Source of the DNA: Octopus sinensis
Taxonomy: Eukaryota
Assembly: GCF_006345805.1 (NCBI RefSeq)
Contig: NW_021833071.1
Location: 1 to 64,000 of the forward strand
Direction of reading: 5' to 3'
DNA: 64,000 nt
Under the pieces are notes generated by a model. The model made no database searches. It worked only from the letters and a program-made list of their open reading frames with translations, and was not told the DNA's origin. The position numbers and the translations under genes are program-made. This document shows, in pieces, positions 25,984-38,500 of this stretch (position 1 is its first letter; every line of letters begins with the position of its first letter).

Positions 25984-26282
25984 TTTTTGGCCGTTAATAT
26001 TTTTCGTCTTCTGGTAATGAGGATTATTGCTAACACCACCATCATTACTACAACTAGTATTACTACTACTACTCGAAATTTTATCATCACCTTCATCAAC
26101 AACTTATCATCATACTTATTCTCATCTCCATTATCATTATTCTCAACATAATCATGATCATCATCGTCATAATCGTAATCATGATCATCATTATCAACAT
26201 CATCTTCGTTGTCATCGTGCTTGTTATCATCATCACCACCACCATCATCATCATCATCACCGCCATCATCATAATAATAATA

Positions 26283-26333
<51 letters not shown>

Positions 26334-26336
<3 letters not shown>

Positions 26337-28209
26337 TAGTATATTTTTTATATCGTGCTTTCACTTCACTACCGAGCGCAGCTCTGTGTGCCTTGGGTAT
26401 GTGCTGTGGTTTGTTGTGATGCTCTGATGGTTATTGTATGGAAAGTGTTCTGAATATTTTTTATCATGCCTAATGCACCTATTATGATAGGAATTGCTTC
26501 TGCTTTTAGATTCCACATTCTGGTTACCTCTATTTCCAGGTATTTTGAAAGTTTCTCCATTTCTTTTAGAGACACGTTGTCATCCGCTGGTATTGATACA
26601 TTAATTAGAAAACATTTTTTTCTTCATGATCTCTGACAACTATATCTGGTCTGTTGGCCTTAATTTCTCTATCTGTGTGTATTGGTATATCCCAGAGTAT
26701 GGTTGCTTTCTCGTTTTCTGTGACCTTTACTAGTGTGTGCCTATTCCATCTTTTTTCTGTTGTTATTCCATAATGTTAGCATAGTTTCCAGTGTATATAG
26801 GTCCCAACTCTGTCGTGTCTGTGAATATATTCCTTCTTAGCCAGGACTGGGCAGCCAGAGATAATATGATTTATTGTTTCTTATCCATCTCCACATATTC
26901 TGCAGTTACTTGTTATATTTCTATTCATTACATGTTTCTGGTAATTTCTGGTGGGGAGGCTTTGGTCTGGTGATGCAATTAAAAATCCTTCTGTCTCTGC
27001 TTTGAGTCCTGAGCTTCTCAACCATTGTTGGGATTTTTCTTTGTCTATTTCTTTTGCATTTAGTTTAGTCCAGTATTTACCATGAATGGGCTTTTCTTGC
27101 CATCGTTTTATCATGGTTCGTTGCTGTTCTATTTTTAGTTTGGATTTCATTTGTTTTATAGCTTTTGTTGTTTCTTCATCTTCTTCTTCTTCTTCTTCTT
27201 CTTATTCTTCTTCTTCTTCTTATTATTATTATTATATTATTATTATTATTCTTCTTCTTCTTCTTCTTCCTTCTTCTTCTTCTTCTTCTCCTTCTTCTTC
27301 TTCTTCTTCATATTTGTTAGGTAGTATGATTTTTTTTTGTATTTGTCAGCTTCCTTAAATACTGAGAACAGTTTTTTGTCTTGCTCGTGTTTTGCCGCTA
27401 TTTGTATTAGTTTTCCTTCCTCCTGAAGTAGATATTTTTGTAGTCCTATGGTGGTTATTTTATAGTAGTTTTCCAGCTGTATAAGGCCTCTACCACCTTC
27501 TATACGTTGTATATATAGCCTTTCTATGTCAGATTTTGGGTGATGCATCCTAGATCCTGTCATTATTTTTCTTGTTTTCCTATCTATTTTGGTCAGTTCA
27601 TTTAGTGTCTAGTTAAGGATATTGTAGCTGTAACTTATAATTGCGACGGCTAAAGTGTTGATACCTATTATCTTGTTTTTAGCATTGAGCTCTGTTTTCA
27701 GTATTGATCTAACTCTTCTATAATATTCTTTTTTTATTTTCTCTTTCATTTGTGTGAGTCGTATCTTATCTAGTTCATGGATTCCTAAGTATATGTAAGT
27801 TTGGCTTTGGTCTAATTCTTTTATTTCATTGGTTTTATCTAGTGTGATGTTGCTACTCTTAATTAGTTTTCCTATTTTCAGGGTTACTTTAGGGCATTTC
27901 TCTAATCCAAATTTCATATCTATTTCTTTGTTAAATCCATGAACTGTCTTTAGTAGTGTTTCCAGCTGTTTGTCATTTGTAGCGTATAGTTTTGTCATCC
28001 ATATATAAAAGGTGGCTGATCTTTTTGCCGTAACATTTATATCCGCATCCAGTTCTGTTTAGCATATCCGATAGAGGTGACAGTACCAAGCAGAAAAGGA
28101 GTGGAGAGAGCGTATCGGCCTGGAATATTCCTCTTCTAATGGGCATGGCTTTGGTTTTCACAAGTCCCTCTTTTGTTTGGAGCAGTAGCACTGTTTGCCA
28201 TTTATTCAT
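26334..28209 (-). mobile_element. 5'-truncated R4/Dong-clade retrotransposon between (TAA)n tracts
   Basis: RT C-half (GIFQADTLSPLLF, HLLYMDD), CCHC region and RLE tail in broken frames; 3' end cagtag.. as at 46205; (TTA)n at 26281-26333 and 28220-28330. Confidence 0.92.
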
Positions 28210-28238
28210 TTATTCCTATGTTGTTATTATTATTATTA

Positions 28239-28307
<69 letters not shown>

Positions 28308-28329
28308 TATTATTATTATTATTATTATT

Positions 28330-28545
28330 ATGGCAGCACTCTGGTAGAGTTGTTAACACACTGGGTGAATTGTTTACCGGCATTTCGTCAATCTCCACTT
28401 TCTGAGTTCAAATTCTTGTGAAGTCGACTTTGCTTTCTTCATCCTTTCGGGTTCGACAAATTCAGTACCAGTTACGCACTTAGGTCGATATACTCGACTA
28501 ATTCCTCCCCATTAATTTCAGGCTTTGTGTCTATAGTAGAAATTA
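28330..28545 (+). mobile_element. SINE family C, diverged
   Basis: ttctgagttcaaattcttgtgaagtcgactttgctttcttcatcctttcggg. Confidence 0.65.
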
Positions 28546-28582
28546 TTATTATTATTATTATTATTACTGTTACTATTTTTAT

Positions 28583-29115
28583 GGAGTGAGAGAGCGGTGC
28601 ATGCCATCAAAGTGACACTGGAGTAAAATATACGAAGCCCAGTATACCCATCATGACTACCCGTTTGATAAGAGTACTACCATATATGCGTGATATGGTG
28701 ATCTCATATCAAGACAAACCTCGCATGAGCTTGCAGGTCGAGCCCAGTTGGAATTTTCTTCACGGCGAGTACACAATCCCACTCAAAGGTCCCTGAATAG
28801 GGGTTGTTTAAGGGTAATGAACAAAACAACCCATGATTCCATACGTGAATTATTTAATCCCAAATAATTCCCCTCAACACATGGCTCTGATGTTCCCTTC
28901 TTCATCTGCTCGTCTTCAGAGATGCACATATCACCAGCCACCAAGCGACATACTTTGACTAGTTAAGGTCAAACAACTGACAAGCAAATCTGTGCTATCG
29001 AGGAGAATATTCGCAGTAGCCCATTTTTTATATCAAGACTAAACAATGTACATGATAACACTTCAGTTAAGATCAGAAGCCAAGAGAGCCAATGTTTGGT
29101 ACTACATCAAGGCAT
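28583..29115 (+). repeat. Unclassified interspersed repeat X, long copy, abutting (TTA)n
   Basis: First ~100 bp shared with 9467-9570; the extent beyond that is judged from composition only. Confidence 0.55.
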
Positions 29116-29808
29116 TTTGTTGTTGTTGTTCCTGCTGCCGTTGTTGTTGTTGTTGTTATAAATGTACGATTGTGTCTTAGCAGATAAGGTCGGTGTTGAA
29201 TAATTTATTTTGAATGAATTTTTGGATATTTTGCAAGTCTTTTATGTTATTTAGTTACACGTAATTTTACAAAACGCAACAACATCCTCTCTTTGTTCGG
29301 ACTTCTAAACTTGAATATACCGAATTAAAATGCATATCTTTGTCATTTTCTTTTCCTATTCTAATCTTCTATGTTTGTGAAAATGCTAGCTGCATTGACG
29401 TTTTCTTACGCTACACGATTAAATGAGAATTCGTCATAGATACAACCAATATTTTCTTATCTAAATTCTGGTTATATTTCTAAAACACTCGTTGGGTTGT
29501 AGAAAGTGTGAGTTATATAGTTTATATTTATATCTTGTATTTTATATTATAGTTTATATTTAGATTTATATATGAATGCAAGGGTGTTACTCTACTGCTC
29601 CAAGACCGGAGTTGGTTTGCCAGCCAAAATTTTCCGGCATTCGAGCCCCCAAAAGTAATGATATCTACTCCGTACAGTCTCTTATAATATTGCTGGTTGT
29701 TGACAATTGTCATTAAGTGTAGGTGCAATTTCTATTTCCCGTACATATATTAAAATATTAATTGATTACCCGCAAAATGTCACGAATATACTTATATCTT
29801 ATAGAGTA

Positions 29809-30191
29809 CGAGCAGTGTCGCCCGCCGTTGCTCGGGTTTGTAAGGGAAATAACTATAAAGCATTTTTAGAGAGTTATAGCCAAAAAATAGCAAAAAAATG
29901 GAGAAAAAAATGATGGCAATTTTTTTTTTAAATCGTTGACTCATCGTAGACATTTTTAGAGAGTTACTTCCCTTATATAATAGCGAAAATTCATTAAAAT
30001 GGAAACAAATGATGGTAATTTTTTTTAAATCGTAGACTCATCGTAGACGCGCGCTAATACCCAGAAGGGCTCGATATGAATCACGATTATAAGATACCCG
30101 GTTTTGGTTAAACTGCACCGCAAAATGTGGGAGTAGTTAGGAATCTAAATCGTAGGAGACAGTCACACAACCTTACTTTTATATATAAAGA
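29809..30191 (-). mobile_element. Non-autonomous Helitron, same family as 19949
   Basis: Reverse complement of the 21181 copy; starts TCtttatatataaaag. Confidence 0.8.
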
Positions 30192-30825
30192 TTAGATCAA
30201 TCCACAACATTCAAAATTCTAGATTTACCCGAGTAACTTTCTTGATCCGCATGACAGCCACTCTCAAAAATCTGTCAGTAAACGTGTGTTGTCTGCTCTA
30301 AATAAGTGACGTACATTTTAATTATACAGAAAATGTTCTAAAACTATATTTTAAAGGTATCATTTTTATTTATTTTGTTTTTCTAAATTAATTTCCTTAT
30401 CAAATTTACATGGGCAATCAAAATTTTAATAACTTACCGATTAACAAATTTTATAGTTTTTAAAAAATAACGAAAGACATTTATATAAAATATATAACAT
30501 ATTTTTACAACAAAATTTATTTACGCGTGAGCAGCTATTTTCAGAAAGCAAAAGTATATGTATAGCAAGTTAAGAATACAAATTGGTGGTTGTCACCATC
30601 TGACGGTCGTCATCCAACCTATTATCTAGAGTGAGAAAAAATCTTTCGTGTAATAAACAGTATAAATCATCACGTTAATTGTTGCATCTGTTAAGACATA
30701 AATTTCATCTTAAATAAAGAAACGTTGTCTGAGATTTTGGTTTATTATTATCTTCATTTATAAGGCAGTGACCTGGTAGTATTTTTAACATGCTGTACAA
30801 AATACTTAACGCTATTTCCTCAATC

Positions 30826-31230
30826 TAAGGCGGCGAGCTAGCATAAACGTTAGCACGCCGGGCGAAATACGTAGCCGTATTTCGTCTGCCGTTGCGTTCT
30901 GTGTTCAAATCCCGCCGAGGTCGACTTTGCCTTTCATCCCTTCGGAGTCGATTAAATAAGTACTAGTGACGCACTGGGGTCGATATAATCGACTTAATCC
31001 GTTTGTCTGTCCTTGTTTGTCCTCCCTGTGTTTAGCCTCTTGTGGGTAGTAAAGAAATAGGTATTTCCTCCATCTTAATGTTCATAGTTCAAATTCCGCT
31101 GAAGTCAACTTTGCCTTCCGTCCATTCGAGGTCGAAAAAATAGACACCAGTTGAATGCTGGGTTCAATGTAATCGAATTACCACCACTATCCAAAATAGG
31201 CGGCTTTGTGCCAAAATTTGAACCCATTAT
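30826..31230 (+). mobile_element. SINE family C, head plus two units
   Basis: aaggcggcgagctagc head; unit restarts at gaaatag|gtatttcc. Confidence 0.8.
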
Positions 31231-31510
31231 TATCTTCATTTCTTACCTATAGTTCAATAAATATTCCGTAAATGAATGTAGCCCGCATCAGAGATTTTGC
31301 AAAATATGCCACCGACCTATAGCCTTATATAAGTGAGGAAATTTAAATGGTTATAATGAAAATGGTGACATAACAATAACTTTTTTATTATGAGGCTCCT
31401 TCTTGCTTCAAATTTGATATTAATAATGCTGAAAAATATGGTAACATGTTTTTGAACTCATCTGCTTTCTGGATCTGAAAAACATTATTGAGATTTACAG
31501 ACCGTCATCT

Positions 31511-31950
31511 TCACAACTTCAGTTATTGGGTTTAACGCATAATAAAAGTAAGTTTAAAATATGAAAACCAATAGCATTTGAGATTTCTGTTAATACTCCT
31601 ATGTTTACATCAAAATCCTATGTTTATGTCAAAATTCTCCGTATTGTGCTTTAAAGAAAGTGAGTAGATTCTATGGTCTACAATAATTCTTGTTTGTTTG
31701 TAATTATATTGCTACAGTTGGAATAACACTTAACAAATTGAAGAAGCATTTAAACAAACAGTTATATTCTGAACGGGTTAGAACTAATTATGTAAATTAG
31801 GTTCAAATTATGCTCGTTTTATAATGATTATTTCTAAATCAATTTAACATTGAGAGGCAATAACATTCCATAGCATTAACCTATAATAGTTTGGAGATTG
31901 TAATATTCAGACATGTACTTCTAATTTGAATTTCATCTGCTTTAGTTTCG
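31511..31950. repeat. ~440-bp segment with an inverted copy at 37122-37579
   Basis: Continuous reverse-complement alignment by eye, roughly 90% identity, including a ~18-bp subrepeat (aaacataggattttgac). Confidence 0.92.
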
Positions 31951-32858
31951 CTTCTTAACCTAGATGTGAGGATACAAATTTAAGAATATGCTCCTACGTA
32001 GTAATTATTTCGGAAATGGTTCCAAAATCAGCATGTTTATGTGGGGGAGTTTGAAAACTGACTTCACAGCAGGACTTGAAATCTGGAGTTGTGTTTCGTG
32101 TATCCAACCCTAAATGATTCTGCCAACTCATCGCCTTCCAGTTCTATAAAAATGAAAGCCCTATTTAGAGCAACACTGTTAGTAATGTTATGACTGAAGC
32201 CTATGCATTTAATTTTATAAGACACCCATTAGCTCAGATAGTCTTGTTATTTTGCAGAATTAGTAATACCACTGTCCTTGACTACGTTAGTTTGAGTATC
32301 ATAGTTGCTTTTATACGTTTTGTTGAGTCACTCAGAAATTCATTAAATTCTTGAATATATATAATATCCCTTCAAATTATACTTTTGTTTGGAAAGGCGA
32401 GTATCTTTAGTTTCGAAATATTTTCTATGTTTGTTCCCTATCTTTGTTCAAAAGCAAAAACCATCATAAACGTTCCTTAAACGAGGTGCTCGGTGTGATG
32501 TATTTCTGCATGGTAAGTTTTAGACAAAATTACACAGTAGCTATATATCATTTGCCGATTATGCTTCATGAGGCCGGAAGGCATTACATACATCTTGAAT
32601 GATAACTAAATCACTTTTAATAGTACATTATATTGTAAATATATGTAATGGTAAAAAGGTCAAAATATAGCTAAACTGACATTAGTTAATAATAATTTTT
32701 ATAGAGAAATTATAAGCTGTATTACGAATATACTATATCCCATATTCAATGAAGAAATATAGTACACAACAGATGCGTATTGAGTTCTGTTTTACAGGAA
32801 ATACATAAGTTAGTGGTGGAGACGTTTCTTTGTGTGTGTATGCGTGAGAAGGTATTTT

Positions 32859-33044
<186 letters not shown>

Positions 33045-33226
33045 ATCACATGATCACGTGACCGACCAGGCCATCAGACGTGGTGAAAGAGTACAGCAGG
33101 GATCACCACGTCCTGCTGGAGGACTCGTGGAGCTTTTTATGTGTTTTCGCTCAATAAACACTCACAACGCCCGGTCTGGGAATCCTATGACCGCGAGTCC
33201 GCTGCCCTAACTACTGGGCCATTGCA
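33045..33226 (-). mobile_element. SINE family B head with 12622-type body end, internally deleted
   Basis: atcacgtgaccgaccaggccatcaga.. joined to aaagagtacagcagggatcacc. Confidence 0.75.
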
Positions 33227-33254
33227 TCTCTCTCTCTCTCTCTCTATATATATA

Positions 33255-33286
<32 letters not shown>

Positions 33287-33764
33287 TGTGTGTGTGTGTG
33301 TGTGTATGTATGTATATATCTATATTAATACATATTTAGATATGTATATATATAGACAAAGGTGCTACAAGAGTACCTATATCGCTAAAAATAGAAGTCA
33401 AAAATACTTCTGTACCACCGAATAGTCACAAATCTATCACACTCATGTAGTACCCTTGTGTATATATGTACATATCTAATATTGTATGTATATCTATTTT
33501 TTTAATTTGCCTGTACGTCTGATAATTCGTTTGCCACTCGTGAAGGTACTTTAATAATACCATCCATATATTTATTTATATCAATACATATATATGTATA
33601 TAGATATATATCTAAAAGGGAATAAAAGAGAATGGAGAAAAAATATTAAGAAGATGCTTGGTACATTTTATTTGTATTACAGTTGGAAAAGTAATGGAAA
33701 ATAATACATTTGTAATACAAATAGAATGAACCAAGCAATTATAAAGTTTTTCTTCTCCATTTCT

Positions 33765-33970
33765 TTTTACTCTTTTACTTGTTTCAGTCATTTGACTGCG
33801 GCCATGCTGGAGCACCGCCTTTAATCGAGGAAATCGACCCCAGGACTTATTATTTGTAAGCCCAGTACTTATTCTATCGGTCTCTTTTGCTGAATCGCTA
33901 AGTGACGTGGACGTAAACACTCCAGCATCGCTTGTCAAACAATGCTAGGGAGTCAAACACAGACACACAA

Positions 33971-34021
<51 letters not shown>

Positions 34022-34148
34022 TACGACAAGGCATTGGTCGGCCCGGGGCTATAGCAGAAGATACTTGCCCAAAGTGCCACGCAGTGGGACTGAACCCGGA
34101 ACTATGTGGTTGGTTAGGAAGCTACTTACCACACAGCCACTCCTGCGC
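33765..34148 (-). mobile_element. SINE family A
   Basis: Reverse complement of 345-767 with a short internal deletion. Confidence 0.85.
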
Positions 34149-35284
34149 ATATTGACTCTCTTAATGTTATGACATGTTTATACATATATTGGGGAGCTTT
34201 ATATCAATATATTTGGTATAAATATATACCCAGTTGGCATCAGGATGGTTTTTAAGCAATATTATACAGGGATATTGCTTCCTCAAATTGTGCACATAAA
34301 CACACACACACACGCACATATATATATCTATATATACATACGTGTGTATGTGTATATAATTTATCAAATAGTTACTCACCGGTGCATATATACCTGCAAA
34401 CACATACACACATATACAGATACATCTGTTTGGGAGTGTGTATGCATGTGTGTATGTGTTTGTGTGTGTGGTGTGTGTGTGTGTATGTGTGCGTTCGTGC
34501 ATGCATGCATGTATTCATTGAATCAGACACATTTGCATCTGGCAAAACAACTGAGATTTGCAATATGGCAGTTTTAAAATTTTCATAGTTATTACCAAAC
34601 TCATTTTTAACGATAAAAATTGCTATTATGTTTTCACAGAAATAAGTTACAACCAGTTTAAGCTGAATTTGAATATTTTGAAAATTTATTTGGTTAAATC
34701 AAATACACACAGCGTTGCCGAAGTGACAGAGATATGTTTAAAAATATATGTCTTACTTAGCATTTTCTAGTTGTTTAAATATATGTGTATTACTTCAAAT
34801 ACTTCCACAGATGTGCCCCTCTCCTCACTTAATTCTATGCTGTTATGTGAATTATTTGTCACCAGAGATTTGAAAACGGGATAGGCAAACATATTACAAT
34901 TCCATTTATATATTCTTTATATAATCAAACAAACACAAAGTCACACCACATTGGAACGCTTTCAAGTTAAACACTAAATGCAAAAAACGATTAAACTATG
35001 AAATATGTAAAGTAGCAAATCCAAGACTTATATATATATATATATATATATATGTATAGCAAATTCAAGTTTTATTATATATTCATATGAAACGGATGTA
35101 AATTCGTCTATAATATAAAATAATGGTAATGATAAATTCCAAATGGTTTTAATGCGTTTTATAAATACTCACTCCGAAAAAAGTTTTTTAAATGTAGCTT
35201 ACAGCTTTCCATTTACAACGGTGCTAAAAATGCATAAACATTCATGTATAACTCCACACATTACTACCACCAGCTATATATATG

Positions 35285-35343
<59 letters not shown>

Positions 35344-35528
35344 CATATAATGATAATATTAGGGAATAAATCCAAAATTACAGGGAAAAAATCAGATTTA
35401 GGATTAAATTCAATTTTATAGTAAAATATTATATAATATTAATTCGAGACGAAACCACTATTTTGCAAATCAAACAAGGAAAGACTTAATCAATACATAA
35501 ACAAATTTAATATAAAGTAAATAAATCG

Positions 35529-35572
35529 CCACTACAATTGTTTCATGTCTTCAAATGACATTCGTCAGGTGG
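35529..35572 (-). ncRNA. Minimal type I hammerhead ribozyme (canonical core)
   Basis: Exact mirror of 35633-35676. Confidence 0.85.
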
Positions 35573-35632
35573 ATTTCCGATCTTCTATTCAGTTTTAATT
35601 TATAAATTAAAACTGAATAGAAGATCGGAAAT

Positions 35633-35676
35633 CCACCTGACGAATGTCATTTGAAGACATGAAACAATTGTAGTGG
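35633..35676 (+). ncRNA. Minimal type I hammerhead ribozyme (canonical core)
   Basis: CCAC CUGACGA AUGUC auuugaa GACAU GAAAC aauu GUA GUGG: stem I CCAC/GUGG, stem II 5 bp, short stem III with palindromic ACAAUUGU, GUA cleavage triplet. Confidence 0.88.
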
Positions 35677-35784
35677 CGATTTATTTACTTTATATTAAAT
35701 TTGTTTATGTATTGATTAAGTCTTTCCTTGTTTGATTTGCAAAATAGTGGTTTTGTCTCGAATTAATATTATATATATACATAT

Positions 35785-35828
<44 letters not shown>

Positions 35829-35847
35829 CATATATATTTATATATAT

Positions 35848-35889
<42 letters not shown>

Positions 35890-36088
35890 CACATACATAT
35901 ATATTTATATATATATATATATTTGTTTTGAAAGATTCTTGATGTGAAATAGTGTGTTGAAACAGATGTTGTTGTATTTAGGAATGGTCGTGCTACCAGT
36001 TTAGCCAATTAAAAACACATATACTATATATTTGGTGTTAATTTATTTCAGCTTTGTTTACTTTTTACATTAATCTTAATCTTAATTC

Positions 36089-36133
36089 GGCCAGAGTTCT
36101 TTCGTAACACTTCTGTGACCACATCAGTGGTCC
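36089..36133 (-). ncRNA. Hammerhead motif with a core substitution
   Basis: ggacca CTGATGT g gtcac agaagt gttac GAAAG AA CTC tggcc: A9 changed to U, one mismatch in stem II. Confidence 0.55.
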
Positions 36134-36214
36134 TTTCCTTTCTTCTTTCTTATTCGTGTGTCGCTCCTTACTAACGGCCAGCCATTTTGTATTTTATATT
36201 CCTATTGTATGTGT

Positions 36215-36279
<65 letters not shown>

Positions 36280-36810
36280 TATATATATATATATATATAT
36301 ACATACATACACATTCACGCACATGCTTTTATATTTTGTTTGTGTGCAGTTTTTGTGTTAGAGACGATGGAAGTTCACTTAACCACAAGTAGTTTCAAAT
36401 GAATCGTGAGGCAGTTTGCAGTTGTGTATTCTACTAGAGTTCCTGCTTTAACAAACTATTTACGGTGCCGTTCGGTAGAAAGAAACGCTGTTTCGAGAAC
36501 TTCGTGTCACTCATGTTGTACTCCGTCTACGTCTACTTGATGGGTTTTCAATGTATAGACTATAACGTATAAAGAAGATCAGCTTAGATCTACCTAATTC
36601 TTTGACTTTGTCGAGATGATTATCAAACTAACAGAGAAAGAATTATCGTGACAGATTTGCTAATTTATGATTTCCCGTTTATCTGGTGAATATATGCATG
36701 TATATTTGAGTGGTTGGTGTGTGTGTATGGGTGGGTGTCTGTGTGTGTGTGTGTTGATTATTCTGTAATGTACTAAAAAACAATACACCCAAACTTTTAA
36801 GTACTATATA

Positions 36811-38001
36811 TTAGGTTGGCATCTAAATTCCCACCGTTTTTTTTTTATTTTAATTTTTTTTTTAAATGTTTAACAAAAAATAACAACGAATTAATCAATA
36901 ATGTATTGACCCTTGTTGTTTACAACTTCTTCCCAACGTTCAACAAGATTTCCAATACCACGTTGGTAGAAATCACCCGATTTCAACTCGAAAAATTGAT
37001 CCAACCAAGCTCTCACTTCTCCATCAGTATTGAACGAAACTCCGCGCATAGAATTTGAGAGAGATCGAAAGAGTGGAAATCCGTTGGAGCATTCCATTTA
37101 TTCTGCCAGTTCCCTTGTTTGACGAAACTAAAGCAGATGAAATTCAAATTAGAAGTACATGTCTGAAAATTACAATCTCCAAATTATTATAGGTTAATGC
37201 TTTGGAATGTTATTGCCTCTCAATGTTAAAATGATTAATTCTAAATCAATATAAAACGAGTATAATTTGAACCTAATTGACATAATTAGTTGTAACCCGT
37301 TCAGAATATATCTGTTTGTTTAAATGCTTCTTCAATTTGTTAAGTGTTATTCCAACTGTAGCAATATAATTACAAACAAACAAGAATTATTGTAGACCAG
37401 AGAATCTACACACTTTCTTTAAAGCACAATACGGAGAATTTTGACCTAAACATAGGATTTTGACATAAACATAGGATTTTGATTTAAACATAGGAGTATT
37501 AACAGAAATCTCAAATATTATTGATTTTCATGTTTTAAACTTAATTTTCTTGCGTTAAACACAATAACTGAAGTTATGAGAATTTTCGTGAAAAAGTTGG
37601 TTTAATCGCTTTTCATCGAACTCAACCGGACGGCCAGAAAGAGGTGCGTCTTTGAGGTCAAAATTTCCATTTTTGAACTTGGCATACCAATCACGAGCGG
37701 TTCTTTCAGCTATGACACCCTCTGCCTACACAGCACAAATGTCGAGAGCAGCTTTTGCGGCCTTAGAACATTGATTAAAAGCAAAAAAGTAGGATTCGAA
37801 AATACTCGATTTTTCTCAACTTGATATTCCATTTTGATTATCTGATCAGAAAATAAACAAATAGTAAAATTAAATAAAATATGAAAATAGATTCTAAAAT
37901 AATTCAAAAATAGAATTCTCGAAAAAAATAGATTCCAAAATTTAAAAACGTAATAAATTCGAAAATTTAAAAAAACGGTGGGAACTTAGATGCCAACCCA
38001 A
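36811..38001 (-). mobile_element. Internally deleted mariner (Tc1/mariner) with intact TIRs and TA duplication
   Basis: 33-bp TIRs (ttRggttggcatctaaRttcccaccgttttttt, 2 mismatches) flanked by TA; N-terminal MEYQVEK..AERTARDWYAKFKNGNFDLKD..SGRPVEFDE..NQLFHEN and C-terminal DFH..SLSNSMRGVSF..FYQRGIGNLVERWEEVVNNKGQYIID; catalytic core absent. Confidence 0.93.
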
Positions 38002-38399
38002 TATTTCCAAATAAATACGAGTCTTCATTTATCTTAGGTACACAACCTGTTCTTGAAACTTAAAATAAATCTCGCTCAGCGAGTGCAAGTCACGTGGACT
38101 GAGTGCACCATTGCGAATGAATTTCCTTGCGATACGTTGAGATATGCTTCTATATATTTCAAATTTTGCGAAGATGTAATTTTTTATCCACCTGTTTTTG
38201 CTTCGTACCACAAAACCACAATGACAGGTATGGTTTCCATTTAAAGGTAATGTTTTTCTCAACCAATAGCGCCTCAAAGCAAAAAACTAAGGCTTTGGTT
38301 CTCTTCGAAAGCGTTTCCGCATTTGTGGCACACACTCTGTGCAATGGATTCTGAACAACTTGTGTGCATCGGAAGCTTTTGGGTGGCCATCAGCATAAA

Positions 38400-38500
38400 A
38401 ACATGAGCGTGTTGATCAACCCATTCGTTGAACCTACTGTATATGTTGATGGAAAAGCGTTAAAAAATGAAACTGTTTCCTCCTTCACTCATCTTGGTTA
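38400..38500 (+). mobile_element. RTE-like LINE fragment
   Basis: PFVEPTVYVDGKALKNETVSSFTHLG resembles the post-RT RTE motif (V..F.YLGS). Confidence 0.35.

Larger units (their letters stand above)
35431..35774. repeat. Near-perfect 344-bp palindrome, zero-nt loop
   Basis: Centre aattta|taaatt at 35602/35603; 172-bp arms with one mismatch seen. Confidence 0.97.

Noticed and set aside
29528-29728. Minus ORF with the P-loop-like string IITFGGSNAGKFWLANQL
   Set aside because: Phe replaces the required Ser/Thr after GK, there are no minus-strand splice signals, and no other GTPase motifs are nearby.
31248-31474. Minus-strand segment bounded by tttttcag and gtaag
   Set aside because: Stops in all frames; at most a non-coding exon, which cannot be supported from sequence alone.
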